Assembly: GCF_026210795.1 (NCBI RefSeq)
Contig: NC_089431.1
Location: 3,100,001 to 3,164,000, forward strand
Origin: Rhizophagus irregularis
Taxonomy: Eukaryota
Direction: 5' to 3'
DNA length: 64,000 nt
Shown here: piece by piece, positions 26,626 to 39,921 of the stretch
How the letters are laid out: every line of letters starts with the position of its first letter
Position numbering within the stretch: the stretch's first letter is position 1
Translations under genes and position numbers: made by a program
Notes under the pieces: generated by a model
What the model saw: only the letters and a program-made list of their open reading frames with translations
Told to the model about the DNA's origin: nothing
The model's database searches: none

Positions 26626-27363
26626 TTATTCTAAATTCAACGAGTATCTACTCCCTTCTACTGAAACATGATCAGCTCCATAGGTACTTTCTAAGTATCT
26701 ACGTAAAGAATTTGAACCATCAATACATTCTTCAATAACTTGAAATTCGAATCGTTTAGTATTAGTGATCCTTCGAGCTGAATCAAACCCTCTACAAAAT
26801 GAATTTAATGCTCCCTCATTTGTAAGAAGCGGAGGTTTCACATTGAAAATGACAATTCCAGAATTATTAGCAGTAATAGAAACAAAATTTTCTAATTCTG
26901 CTAATATTTCTTCAGATTCCAAAGTTTTACGTAATGCTTTAGCAATTGCGCCAGCGAATAAACCAGCGAATAAACTACCTCCTACGCCAGAAGCAATAAT
27001 CCCTCCAATACCCAAACCAGCAGCGCCAACTGATTGTAAAATCGCTACAAGGCTACCAGCAGCAACAGTTCCGCGATGTAAGGACATCATCCATGCTGCG
27101 ATAGATCCAGCTGCAATACCAGCTTCACCGAATCCTATTGCACCTACTATTCCGCCAACTATTGCTGGACCTGCCAAAAGACCAGCTAGTGCAAAACCTC
27201 CCGTCAACAAAGCAGTCTTGTGTTCAGAAAAAAATTTCTTGGCCTTATCTCCAAAGTCTTGTTGTGGTTGATTAGCCTGAGCTATAAAGTTATCTTTCTT
27301 TAGGGAGTCGATAATAACTCCTTTGCATTTATCAACGTCAGAAATATCTGATAGTCTTGTCAT
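26626..27363 (-). CDS. IFI6/IFI27 (ISG12, Ifi-6-16 family)-like membrane protein, copy 1 (245 aa)
   Basis: Family motif GF.EAGIAAGSIAAWMMS...VAAGSLVAILQSVGAAG plus a ~100-aa C-terminal extension; single exon. Confidence 0.85.
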   Translation of the reverse strand: MTRLSDISDVDKCKGVIIDSLKKDNFIAQANQPQQDFGDKAKKFFSEHKTALLTGGFALAGLLAGPAIVGGIVGAIGFGEAGIAAGSIAAWMMSLHRGTVAAGSLVAILQSVGAAGLGIGGIIASGVGGSLFAGLFAGAIAKALRKTLESEEILAELENFVSITANNSGIVIFNVKPPLLTNEGALNSFCRGFDSARRITNTKRFEFQVIEECIDGSNSLRRYLESTYGADHVSVEGSRYSLNLE

Positions 27364-27763
27364 TTTCTTTATAAACCTTTAACGAAAGAGATATGAATAG
27401 CAAAAGTAGTACTCAAAAGTATGTAGATATAAAAGGATTGTTTAATACCTATAGTGAATAAATTGTAAAAAAATTTCGATGCAAAATCTTATTTCTCGAA
27501 TATAGATTCTGTTTCACATCCTATAAATTGAGATGATTTTCTTATTCTGGAAATTTCTGTTTTCCTGAAATCTATGTAGTACAATCAACGTTTGATTGAT
27601 AAACCCGTACCGTGTACGCCACGTACTACCGGACTCGCGGAATTATATCTTTATATAATCAAAGCTAATAAGTTCAACTAGACTTTTTATGTACAAAGCA
27701 GAGTTGTTTTACGTATATACAAAAAAGCTTTCAATGTGGCTGGCATTAGAAGTTTAGCCACTC

Positions 27764-27907
27764 TAGTGTTTCGAGCGAAACTAGTTTTGCCTAAATAATC
27801 TACAAAAATCATTTCCAAATTTTGGTTTCGGAAGTTTCGGATAGTTTTTGGCTTATATTAACTTGGGACGAAACGGATTTTGAAAAATAGTTTCGCCCGA
27901 AACTATA
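27764..27907. mobile_element. hAT-type MITE (copy in unit 1)
   Basis: TIR TAGTGTTTCGAGCGAAACTA / TAGTTTCGCCCGAAACTATA; TSD AGCCACTC / AACCACTT; present in all three units. Confidence 0.7.
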
Positions 27908-28630
27908 AACCACTTTAATACTTAAAAACGTAAAATTATTTTGGGGAAAAAAAATTTCGATCAGAACAAAATTCTGATTTGAATTGATTATGATTAAAAA
28001 ATTCACAATAAAGGGATTTGTCATATGGAAAACGCCCAATGTTTTTAAGCGTGTGCAACATCAATTAATCAACGAAGTCCATTTATAAGTCTATATTTTT
28101 TTTTGATTTTTTCAACATTGCAAATGGTAAATTAAAATAATTAACAACCGAATTTCGCAATCTATCTCAGGAACTTCAAAGAGTTCAAAGTTCAAACCTT
28201 ACCACCATAAATTTTGCAAAATCTTCAGAACAATGTATTCAAAGATATCAAACTTCGTAAATAGAATTCGTAAATATATATGATTTTAATCAGTTATTAG
28301 ATAATTATTATCTTATTCATTTAAGGATACATGAGTTATTTATTGTACGACTATTTAATTCTAATCAAAATGTGAATCTAGAACCTCTCTCAATTGGTTC
28401 CGACATATTCAGAGCATTCTGTATATTTTTTTATAATCAACAAATTGACGTTCTCTTGAACTTTTACTGTATGCTAATAAACGGAAATGTTGAAACCATC
28501 GAGAACGATTGGAAAGATACTTTAGAGTTATATTAATATATACTATGAATCAAAGTCTGGTTGAAATTTTGTCACTTGTGTCAGTTCTTCTCGTTCTTTA
28601 TTTATTCTGGGGACATTTAGTGCTGGTATA

Positions 28631-28822
28631 CATTCAAACCTTTATATAACGATATGTCGGGATATATAAGAAATTTTTAATTTAGGAAATATCGTTATAT
28701 CAAAGTTATACCGATAATATGTCCTCATATATAGAGTGGGAAAATAAAATTTTATCGGTATATCAAGTTTTTAATAGTATATCAGTACATATATCGAATA
28801 TCGGTATATCGAGGTTAGACTG
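28631..28822. mobile_element. TA-flanked CAGT-type MITE present only in unit 1
   Basis: Termini CATTCAAACC...GGTTAGACTG with TA flanks; empty site in unit 2 (GTGCTGGTATATG near 32510). Relatives near 37497-37625 and 44908-45072. Confidence 0.75.
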
Positions 28823-30353
28823 TATGTTACATTTGTCACATTTGAGAAAACACCACTGGTGATAAATAGTATACAAGGTCTATATGACCCTCTTACTCAG
28901 TCCCAGGTATATAAAAAACATAAGATTTCTCTCTCTAAATGCACACCTTCTCTAAATGCATATTTTTCAAATTTTCATTATGGTCCTAAGGGGGTGCATT
29001 TAGAGAGTGTTGACTGTAAAATAATTATTAATCATTACTAATTAAAAATAAATTTTTTTTATTAAAATATATTAAATGGTAATATACTGTATAGTTTTAT
29101 AAATTGTATTTATAAGCAGATCCAATTTTTAATTCTAAAAATAAGTCAAAAATAATATTTAAAATCATTTTTGGTGTTTTAATTAATTTGTAAAGTAGAT
29201 AAAATTACACATTGTACATTTTTAAAAAATTTTATATATTAAAAATTTCTTTTTTACAAATTTTTATTACAGGATACAAGATTTAAGCATCATACAGGAT
29301 GGTGAAATATACATTTACTCTAAAAATATATTATTTAAAATATCTTAATAAGATGAATTTAATATTAAAGTTACAATTCATTTCTTTAGTTATTTTAAAT
29401 ATTCTTGAAATTTCAATATTTGTTATATGGAATGAGATGGGATTCAATATGGCAAAAGTAATATATATATATATATTGTAACCAACTTTTACAATAACCA
29501 TCTAGATTTATTAGCAGGCTAAATAAAATGATCAAATCATTTCTACCAATAATAATATTTTACCTACCAAAAGACATTAGATCAGTTTTGTAACTTTTCC
29601 GGCGTCATGCAAAATATTGCATTACCGTAATTCCATTTTCCAATTCATCTATAATCTCTTCTTATGTAACCTTCCTTTTTATATCAACTCTTCCATATCT
29701 TCTCCTCTACTGAGTCAATAATTTCTGGAACAAGCCAAAATTTAACCTTAAGTGTGATGTACTAACGGGTCAATGATAAAATTTTGTTTTAATAAATTGT
29801 AAAATTTAAAAAACTGTTTTTTTTTTGTTTTTTTTTTACTTTAGAAAGACAGTCACAACGGTTAAATTAAATAAATCACAGCGGTAAGTAAAATACATGA
29901 ATCTATCTATTTAAACTTGACAAGAAGTGCGCATCCCACAATGCACATCCCACAATGGGAACCCATCCTTCGAACTTGAAAAACTTTATAAACTGACGAG
30001 AAAAAAATTCATTTGATATTAATAGTACGTGATATTATCAGCAGATATAAATATACTATCGTTACACGTCAATTGTATAATTCAGCGCATTATGAAGTTG
30101 ATATGTTCGATTTATGAAATTGTTAAAAATATTCTCGCGTTTTTGAAAAAAATGAAATAAATAAATAAATCATAAAATCTCGCGTTTTATTTGAAAAAAA
30201 TAAAATAAATCATAAAATCTCGAGTTTTATTTGAAAAAGAATAAAATAAAATAAATCATAAAAAAAAAGATGCGATCTTATTGTTCACGGTAAAAAAAAA
30301 AACAATTGCAGAGTTTAGATATCTCCCCTATTAAATAATCATTTCCTAGTTAT

Positions 30354-31082
30354 TTATTCTAAATTCAACGAGTATCTACTCCCTTCTACTGAAACATGAT
30401 CAGTTCCATAGGTACTTTCTAAGTATCTACGTAAAGAATTTGAACCATCAATACATTCTTCAACAACTTGAAATTCGAATCGTTTAGTATTAGTGATCCT
30501 TCGAGCTGAATCAAACCCTCTACAAAATGAATTTAATGCTCCATTATTTGTAAGAAGCGGAGATTTCACATTGAAAATGACAATTCCAAAATTAGTAGCA
30601 GTAATAGAAACAAAATTTTCTAATTCTGCTAATGTTTCTTCAGATTCTAAAGTTTTAAGTAATGCTTTAGCAATTGCGCCAGCGAATAAACTACCACCTA
30701 CGCCAGAAGCAATAATCCCTCCAATACCCAAACCAGCAGCGCCAACTGATTGTAAAATCGCTACAAGGCTACCAGCAGCAACAGTTCCGCGATGTAAGGA
30801 CATCATCCATGCTGCGATAGATCCAGCTGCAATACCAACTTCACCGAATCCTATTACACCTACTATTCCGCCAACTATTGCTGGACCTGCCAAAAGACCA
30901 GCTAGCGCAAAACCTCCCGTCAACAAAGCAGTCTTGTGTTCAGAAAAAAAATTCTTGGCCTTATCTCCAAAGTCTTGTTGTTGCGGTTGATTAGCCTGAG
31001 CTATAAATTTATCTTTCTTTAGAGAGTCGATAATAACTCCTTTGCATTTATTAACGTCAGAAATATCTGATAGTCCTGTCAT
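30354..31082 (-). CDS. IFI6/IFI27-like protein, copy 2 (242 aa)
   Basis: Same motif; start placed at MTGLSD (31082) by alignment with copies 1 and 3. Confidence 0.85.
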   Translation of the reverse strand: MTGLSDISDVNKCKGVIIDSLKKDKFIAQANQPQQQDFGDKAKNFFSEHKTALLTGGFALAGLLAGPAIVGGIVGVIGFGEVGIAAGSIAAWMMSLHRGTVAAGSLVAILQSVGAAGLGIGGIIASGVGGSLFAGAIAKALLKTLESEETLAELENFVSITATNFGIVIFNVKSPLLTNNGALNSFCRGFDSARRITNTKRFEFQVVEECIDGSNSLRRYLESTYGTDHVSVEGSRYSLNLE

Positions 31083-31594
31083 TTTCTTTATAAAAGTTTT
31101 ATGAAAGAGATATGAATAGCAAAAGTAGTACTCAAAAGTATGTAGATATAAAGGATTTTTAACGAAAGTGATATGAATAGCAAAAGTAGTACTCAAAAGT
31201 ATGTAGTTGTAAAAGGATTGTTTTAATACCTAAAAAACAATGATAGTGAATAAATTGTAAAAAGAAAAAACTTGACAAATTTATAATTTTGATATTTCTT
31301 GTATATAGATTAGCTCATTGCTGTTTCACATCCTATAAATTGAGAAATGAAACTGATGATTTTCTTATTCTGGAAATTTCTGTTTTCCCGAAATCTATGT
31401 AGTACGATCAACGTTTGATTCGGCTGTCTTGATATAGCAGAACTCATGTTTCATACGCCACGTACTACCGGACTCGCGTAGTTATATCTTTATATAATCA
31501 AAGCTACTAGACTTTTTATGTACAAAACAGAGTTGTTCTACGTATAAATACAAAAAAGCTTTCAATGTGGATGACATTAGAAGTTTAGCCACTC

Positions 31595-31733
31595 TAATGT
31601 TTCGGGCGAAACTAAATAATCTACAAAAGTCATTTCCAAATTTTGGTTTCGGAAGTTTTGGATAGTTTTCGGCTTATATTGGGAGAAACTTGGGCGAAAC
31701 GGATTTTGAAAAATAGTTTCGCCCGAAACTATA
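31595..31733. mobile_element. hAT-type MITE (copy in unit 2)
   Basis: Perfect 8-bp TSD AGCCACTC; TIR containing GTTTCGGGCGAAACTA. Confidence 0.75.
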
Positions 31734-34057
31734 AGCCACTCTAATAAGAGGGTAAAATTATTTTGGGGAAAAAAATTTTCTATCCGATCAAAATTCTGAT
31801 TTTGGATTGGTTACGATCAAAAAATTCTGAACAAAGGGAGTAAATTAGCTTTAGTTTTTAGTACAGAAATATAGATGATGTAATCAATTAAAATTAATTA
31901 ATTGCATGTATATAAATCTGATATAATAAATTAAGTAGCAATTTGGTACAATAAATAGGGATTTGTCATGTGGAAAACGCTTAAGCGTGTACGTGCAACA
32001 TCAATTAATCAATGAAGTCAAGTCTAGTCTTAAGTCTTAATAACCGAATTTCGCAAATCTATCTCAGGAACTTCAAATAGTTCAAACCTTACCACCATGA
32101 AATTCGCGACTCAGTTTCAAAATCTTCAGAACAATGTATTCGAAGATATCAAAATTCGTAAATATAATTCGTAATATATTTATTCATGTTATATGATTTT
32201 AATCAGTTATTAGATAATTATTATCTTATTCTTTTAGGGATACATGGGCTATTGTACGACTATTTAACTCTAATCAAAATGTGAAACTCGACATATTCTC
32301 AGAACATTAGAGCATTCTGTATATTTTTTAAGTTTATAATCAACAAATTGACGTTCTCTTGAACTTTTACAGTATGCTAATAAACGGAAATGTTGAAACC
32401 CATCGGGAACGATTGGAAAGATACTTTAGAGTTATATTAACATATATGAATCAAAGTCTGGTTGAAAAATTTGTCACTTGTGTCACATAATCTCGTTCTT
32501 TATTTAGTGCTGGTATATGTCATATTTGAGAAAACACTCTGGTGATAAATAGTATACAAGACCCTCATAGTTCCAGGTATATAGAAAACACTAAATGCAC
32601 ACCCTCTCTAAATGCATATTTTCAAATTTTCATTATGTGCATTTAGAGATAGTTGACTGTAAAATAATTATTAATCATTATAAAATAATTACTAATTAAT
32701 AAAATTTACTAATTTATCTAAATTTTTTTTATTAAAATATATTAAATGGTAATATAGTTTTATAAATTGTATTTATAAGATCCAATTTTTGATTCTAAAA
32801 TAAGGTAAATTTATGTTACATAATTTAACAATAAGTCAAAAATAATATTAAAAACCATTTTTGATGTTTTAATTAATTTGTAAAGTAGATAAAATTACAC
32901 ATATTGTACATTTTTTAAAAAATTTTATATATTAAACTTTTCTTTCTTACAAATTTTTATTACAGAATATAAGATTTAAGCATCATACAGGATGGTAAAA
33001 TATACATTTAATCTAAAAATATATTATTAAAATATCTTAATAAGATGAATTTAATAAGTTACAATTCATTTCTTTAGGTTATTTTAAATATTCTTGAAAT
33101 CTCAATATTTGTTAAATGGAATGAGATGGAATTCAATATGGCAAATGTAATATATATATACATTGTAACCAACTTTTACAATAACATCAAGATTTATTAG
33201 CAGAAAATTAGGAAATCATATATATCCTGCAGGAGTGCAGGCATCAAATCATTTCTACCAATAATAATTCATTTGTTTTGTAACTTCTCCAGCATCATGC
33301 AAAATATTGCATTACCATAATTCCATTTTCCCGATTCATCTATAATCTCTTCTTATGTAACCTTCCTTTTTATAATTAACTCTTCCATTTCTTCTCCTTT
33401 ACTGAGTCAACAATTTCTGGAACACGCCAAAATTTAATCTTAAGTGTAACGTACTAACGGGTTAATGACTACATTTTGTTTTAATAAATTGTAAAATTTA
33501 AAAAACTGTTTTTTTTTTTTTTTTACTTTAGAAAGACAGTCACAACGGTTAAATTAAATAAATCACAGCGGTAAGTAAAATACATGAATCTATCTATTTA
33601 AACTTGACAAGAAGTGTGCATCCCACAATGCACATCCCACAATGGGGAGTTGAGGACCCATCCTTCACTTTATAAACTGACGAGAAAAAAAAATTCATTT
33701 GATATTAATAGCACGTGATATTATCAGATACAAATATACTATCGTCACACGTCAATTGTATAATTCAACGCATTATGAGGTTGATAATTATGTTCAATTT
33801 ATGAAATTGTCAAGGAATAAACCTACTAGTTTAGGACAAAATATTCTCGCGTTTTATTTGATCGCGTTTTATTTGAAAAAATAATAAAATAAATTATAAA
33901 ATCTCGCGCTTTATTTGAAAAAAAATGAAATAAAATAAATCATAAAAAAAAGATGCGATCTTATTGTTCACGGTAAAAAAAAAAACAATTGCAGAGTTTA
34001 GATATCTCCCCTATTAAACGATCATTTCCTAGTTATTTATTCTAAATTCAACGAGTA

Positions 34058-34732
34058 TCAACTACTCCCTTCTACTGAAACATGATCAGCTTCATAGGTG
34101 CTTTTTAAGTAACTACGTAAAGAATTTGAACCATAAATACATTTTTCAACAACTTGAAATTCGAATCGTTTAGTATTAGTGATCTTTCGAGCTGAATCAA
34201 ACCACCCTCTACAAAATGAATTTAATGCTCCATTATTTGTAAGAAGCGGATTGAAAATGACAATTCCAGGATTAGAAACAAAATTTTCTAATTTCGCTAA
34301 TGCTTCTTTAGATTCCAAAGTTTTAAGTAATGCTCCAGCGAATAAACCAGTGAATAAACTACTACCTACGCTAGAAACAATAATCCCTCCAGTACCCAAA
34401 CCAGCAGCGCCAACTGATTGTAAAATCGCTACAAGGCTACCAGCAGCAACAGTCCCGTGATGTAAGGACATCATCCATGCTGCGGTAGATCCAGCTGTAA
34501 TACCAGTTCCACCAAATCCTATTGCATATACTATACCGCCAACTATTGCTGGACCTGCCAAAAAACCAGCTAGTGTACCTCCTCCCGTCAACAAAGCAGT
34601 CTTGTGTTCAGAAAAAAAATTCTTGGCAAAGTCTTGTTGTTGTGCCTGAGCTATAAATTTATCTTTCTTTAGGGAGTCGATAATAACTCCTTTGCATTTA
34701 TCAACGTCAAAAATATCTGATAGTCCTGTCAT
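34058..34732 (-). CDS. IFI6/IFI27-like protein, copy 3 (224 aa; in-frame deletions, slightly early stop)
   Basis: Motif GFGGTGITAGSTAAWMMS...VAAGSLVAILQSVGAAG; a 3-nt insertion near 34060 creates a stop and removes RYSLNLE. Confidence 0.8.
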   Translation of the reverse strand: MTGLSDIFDVDKCKGVIIDSLKKDKFIAQAQQQDFAKNFFSEHKTALLTGGGTLAGFLAGPAIVGGIVYAIGFGGTGITAGSTAAWMMSLHHGTVAAGSLVAILQSVGAAGLGTGGIIVSSVGSSLFTGLFAGALLKTLESKEALAKLENFVSNPGIVIFNPLLTNNGALNSFCRGWFDSARKITNTKRFEFQVVEKCIYGSNSLRSYLKSTYEADHVSVEGSS

Positions 34733-35324
34733 TTTCTTTATATAAGTTTAATTAAAGAGATATGAATAGCAAAAGTAGTATGTAGATATAAAGGATTTTT
34801 ATAAAAGTTTAATGAAAGAGATATGAATAGCAAAAGTAGTACTCAAAAGTATGTAGATATAAAGGATTTTTATAAAAAGTTTAACGAAAGTGATATGAAT
34901 AGCAAAAGTAGTACTCAAAAGTACAGTATGTAGATGTAAAAGGATTGGTTTAATACCTAAAAAACAATGATAGTGAATAAATTGTAAAAAGAAAAAACCT
35001 GACAAATTTATAATTTTGATGCAAAACTTTGTTTCTCGTATATAGATTAGCTTATTGCTGTTTCACATCCTATAAATTGAGAAATGAAACTGATGATTTT
35101 CTTATTCTGGAATTCCTGAAATCTATATATGTAGTACGATCAACGTTTGATTCGGCTGTCTTTGATGAAAATCTCTCATGTTTTCATACTCACGTACTAC
35201 CGAACTCGCGGAGTTATATCTTTACAATCAAAGCTACTAGACTTTTTATGTATAAAACAGAGTTGTTCTACGTATAAATGCAAAAAAGCTTTCAATGTGG
35301 ATGACATTAGAAGTTTGGCCACTC

Positions 35325-35441
35325 TAGCGTTTCGTGCGAAACTAAATAATCTACAAAAGTCAAGTTTCGGATAGTTTTCGGCTTATATTGGGAGAAACTT
35401 AGGCGAAACAGATTTTAAAAATAGTTTCACCCGAAACTATA
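35325..35441. mobile_element. hAT-type MITE (copy in unit 3)
   Basis: Same TIR; degenerate TSD GGCCACTC / AGCCATTC. Confidence 0.65.
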
Positions 35442-37496
35442 AGCCATTCTAATAAGAACGTAAAATTATTTTGAGTAAAAAAATTTTCGATCTGATCAAA
35501 ATTCTGACTTGATTAAAAAATTCTGAACAAAGGTACAATAAATAGGGATTTGTCATGTGGAAAACGCTTAAACGTGTACGTGCAGCATCAATTAATCAAC
35601 GAAGTCCATTTATAATTCTATATTTTTTTTTTTAATTTTTTCAGCACTGCAAGTGATAAATTAAAATAAAGTCTAGTTTTAACAACCGAATTTCGCAAAT
35701 CTATCTCAGGAACTTCAAGTAGTTCAAACCTTACCAGTTACTACCATGAATTTCGCGACTCAGTTTCAAAATCTTCAGAACAATGTATTCGAAGATATCA
35801 AATTCGTAAATAGAATTCGTAAATATATTTATTCATGTTATATGATTTTAATCAGTTATTAGATTATTCATTTAGGTTATCTTATTCATTAGGGATACAT
35901 GGGCTATTGTACGACTATTTAACTCTAATCAAAACGTGAAACTCGACATATTCTCAGAACATTAGAGCATTCTGTATATTTTTTAAGTTTATAATCAACA
36001 AATTGACGTTCTCTTGAATTTTTACGGTATGCTAATAAACGAAAATGTTGAAACCCATCGGGAACGATTGGAAAGATACTTTAGAGTTATATTAATATAT
36101 ATAAATCAAAGTCTGGTTGAAAATTTGTCTATTCTGGGGACAAAATTTAGTGCTGGTATTTGTCAAATTTGAGAAAACATCACTGGTGATAAATAGTATA
36201 CAAGGTCAATGAGATATTGAATGACCCTCTTACTCAGTCCCAGGTATATGTAGAACATATAAGATTTCTCTCTCTAAATGCACATTCTCTCTAAATGCAC
36301 ATTTTTCAAATTTTCATTTGGTCCCGGGGGGCATTCCCTATAAAAAATTTTTCAAAAAAATGATCACGTGTCTGAGTTTCTTCGGAATAAAAATAGAAAA
36401 ATGATATTTATCGGAGTTTTTTCCAGAAATTTTTTTTATAGGTTGACTGCATATTTCATATTATATACATAGTAATAAAACTTGTAATTTCGATCGATTT
36501 TTAGATGTGTGAAACAAGCAGTACAATACTGTAATTTATTCGATTGTATAGGTTTTACATTTAGAGAAAAATATATAATGCGTGCACTTAAAGAGAGTGC
36601 ACTTAGAGAGAATTAACTGTATCAGAAAGAAGCTGGTCGGGCAGGTCAGCCAATAAAATAAAATGAATATGTAGGATCATATACAGTAAATTTCATAAGT
36701 TACGCGACACTCGGCAAATTTTGATGCGTGATAAAATATATCATAACAAAAGATATAAGATTATACTTAGTCAATTACTTTATTTAAAAAAAAATTATTT
36801 AAATAATTTATAATTTCTATAATTTGTGATTGGTTTAATCAAAAAGAATTAATATGTTAAAATTTAAATAGAATTCTGAATAAAAAATAGTTGAGATAGA
36901 TTAGATAGATTCTAATAAAAAGTTAAAGATTTTTTTAATAGATTATTTTGAAAAATAATAACTTTTTACTACTTTAGATATAATAAACTAAAATTTTGAA
37001 AAGGTTCTAATTTTCCTTCTTAAATATAAAAAAAACAAAGAAACTTATTGAATATTTTATAGTGTTTAGGGAAGTGATAATAATAAGTTTTTTTATCCTA
37101 AAGAATATTCAATAGATTGCTTTATAATAAGTTTTGATATAAAAAAATTACACCACACTGAATTGGTTTAATAAGGAAAATAGAGAAACATTATCTTACA
37201 AGGCTTTCTATGTAAGAAGATCTGACCATTAAGAAAGATATGACAAACATTTGAACAGGATTTAAAATACATAAAGGATACCTTAAATATGATAGTAGTG
37301 AAGCATTTTGGAATTTCAAAAGAATAGTTATTTGCAATATTTGCAGTGTAAAAGTTATTTGCGGTATTTATCTCGTTGAATAGCAAATTTGAGCGTTTTT
37401 ATAAGCCTTGTAGTGAATGATTGATGACAATTTTTGTAATAGTTTTACGTGTTCTACTTGACACAATACCAATGTGGTAAAACATAGAACCTAATA

Positions 37497-37625
37497 CAGT
37501 CAGATCTCGATATACCGATATTCGATATACCAATATATATATTATAAACTCGATATAACGATAAAATTTACTTTCCCACAATTTTCATAATGGGACCCAA
37601 CATATCGTTATATCGGAGTTTGAAT
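37497..37625. mobile_element. CAGT-type MITE related to 28631-28822, inverted
   Basis: CAGTCAGATCTCGATATACCGATATTCG ... CGTTATATCGGAGTTTGAAT. Confidence 0.6.
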
Positions 37626-37989
37626 AATTCGATACCTTAATATTAATCTGACTACTACGTAATAATTAGGTACAGTATCTCTTTTTAGATCTCTTTAACC
37701 AAATTCCTTGATTACACGGGAAGAAAGTAGTTAATCCAAAATCTGTTACAAGTGTAACTTCTTATGACTATGGGTTTCATTAATTGACATGAATGAATGT
37801 AATATGTAATAATGTTACGCGCTCAATAGATAGAAAAAGTAATAAGTAATACCTTTGCCGTTTAATCGTTTAAATTTATTTAATTTACAAATGGACTAAA
37901 TGGACTAAATGGACTAAACGACTAAAAAAAAAGAAAGAAATACGTATATACTGTGTATATATATATATATATTATATACAAACTAAATA

Positions 37990-39037
37990 TTATTTGGGAT
38001 AATTTTGATGATTATTATTAACATTATCAGAACATTCATGACTGGATCTTGGTACTTGAGCTTGATTCGCCTCCACATAATATTGCTGTTCCCCGTATAT
38101 TGCATTATTAAAATTATAAGAATTATGTTGATTCTGATCCATCGATTGTTGCTGTTGTTTTTGCTGCTGCTGCTGTTGTTGTTGTTCATTTTGTTGAGGT
38201 TGATGAGCTAATGGTGGTGGCATTGGAACTGAAGGGGAATATAATTCCTTTTCATCATTTTCATTAACGACATTTCTTCCACTAATGTTAATTCCTCTTC
38301 CTTTTGATGCATAATAATCTGATTTCAATTTTGCATAAGCACGGGACTTTATCTTTTTTCTTCTGATGACACACAAACAAAAGGCCAAACTCGCTAATAA
38401 TGTTACCAATGCGCTAACGCCGAGAGCAATTAAAAGTTTATTTGGACCTCTCGCTCCTGATGCTTCTGATGGTGTTTTTGTTAAAGAACTTGATTGTCTA
38501 TAAATAAAAAAATTCAATTAAAATTTTTTTTTTTATTAAAAAAAAATAAGAAATAATTTTTATACTTTGGTTCTTTGAATTCTGTTCCATATTTTTTACA
38601 ATCATTTTTATAATCATCCAATGGAGATACGGTCGCATTAACGGTTGGGCTAGACAAACATGTCGTACAATTTAATAATAAATCATAAAATTCTTTATTA
38701 CACCAACATTTCGCTTCATCAGAGTCTATATAAAAGATTATATTATGTATTAAATATGTTATTGCACAAAAAAAAAAGAAATTCAAGAACTTTCATTTCA
38801 CTTACTTCCAACAAAATAACTAACGTTTTGAATTGTATCAGTATCATTTAATTTGGGAGGCATAGGTAATGTCTCACCACAAGGTTTTAATAAATCATTA
38901 ATTTTGATACAAGGATTAGCAGAAGAATGACAAATTGCGGCATTATTTGTTTGAGCCATGATCAAATTATTTGAGGGGAGGATTATCGTTAGAATTAAAA
39001 TTAAGAAAATTGCAAACTTTTCTAATAAAAGAGACAT
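37990..39037 (-). CDS. Type I membrane protein: signal peptide, 8-Cys extracellular domain, TM helix, Gln/Asn-rich tail
   Basis: Exons 39037-38806, 38725-38566 and 38497-37990 splice in frame. Domain CHSSANPC..LKPC...AKCWCN..CTTC..DYKNDC; TM LLIALGVSALVTLLASLAFCLCVI followed by RRKK. Confidence 0.85.
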
Positions 39038-39921
39038 TTTGTGATAATAATTTCATTAAAAGTAATTTTAAAATTATTATTATTATATATATGTAATATA
39101 TATAATGAACAAAGAAAGAGAAAGAGATTCTCTTTAAAAAGAATTCAAAAAAAAAAAATTTCAAATGAAATAACTTTTATATACTGTATAATCAATCTAG
39201 TTAAATCTAGTTTATTGAATAATTGTTTGATAACAATAGTAACGCAAAATTTTTTTATTTAGTAATTTATACTAAAAATAAACTTGATTTCCTCAAGATT
39301 GCCTTTAAGATTTTACTATCAGCAATTTCACAATGACATAATTATCATGAAAGTTCTAAATTTGGTAAAATCATTACAAATTTATAAATGAGATGACCAT
39401 AATTAATAGATACCATAACTTGTTATGGTTTGACCAAAAATGAAAACTTGTTCAACTTCTGTTAGTAAATACACTGAAATCGTTCTTTTTTAATGCATTC
39501 AATAGTCATTTAGTATTCATCCATTACCGCATGGTAAAATTTTTAAAACAATGATGTTTTAAAATATTGTAACACTGTTTGTATGTAAAAAAAAAAAAAA
39601 AGGAGACTCCGACACTCATTGTTAAGGATAAGCTTTTAAAAAATTCTTTCTGATTGGTCATTTTTGTAAATAACTAAAATAAACGCCAAATTAACTTGAT
39701 TCAGAAATGACTGACGCGATAGTGTGTAAATTTATTATTTTCTAAAATTAATTTTCTAACAGATAAAGTTGATCATAAAATTTAAACTAACTTGAATAGT
39801 TAGTTACATTGGCCCGGGGAATATAGTTAGTTACATTGGCGGGGAATATATAAGAGTATTGAAATGTTAATACTATTTAAAATTTCTATTTAAACTATAG
39901 ATGACTTCATATTTATAAAAG

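Larger units (their letters stand above)
26000..36620. repeat. Tandem triplication, unit ~3.6-3.7 kb (starts near 26010, 29585, 33275)
   Basis: Collinear diverged copies of the gene and its flanks; for example GCATCCCACAATGCACATCCCACAATGGG near 26297, 29930 and 33618. Confidence 0.92.

Noticed and set aside
30354..31196. 280-aa version of IFI27-like copy 2
   Set aside because: The extension derives from the duplicated upstream motif; the paralogues start at MT(R/G)LSD.
26765..34460. + strand ORFs 26765-27271, 30493-30990 and 34179-34460
   Set aside because: Antisense shadows of the Gly/Ala-rich IFI27-like genes, with GTG starts and no independent signal.
37080..37480. Possible decayed coding relic
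   Set aside because: No recognisable motif in any frame.
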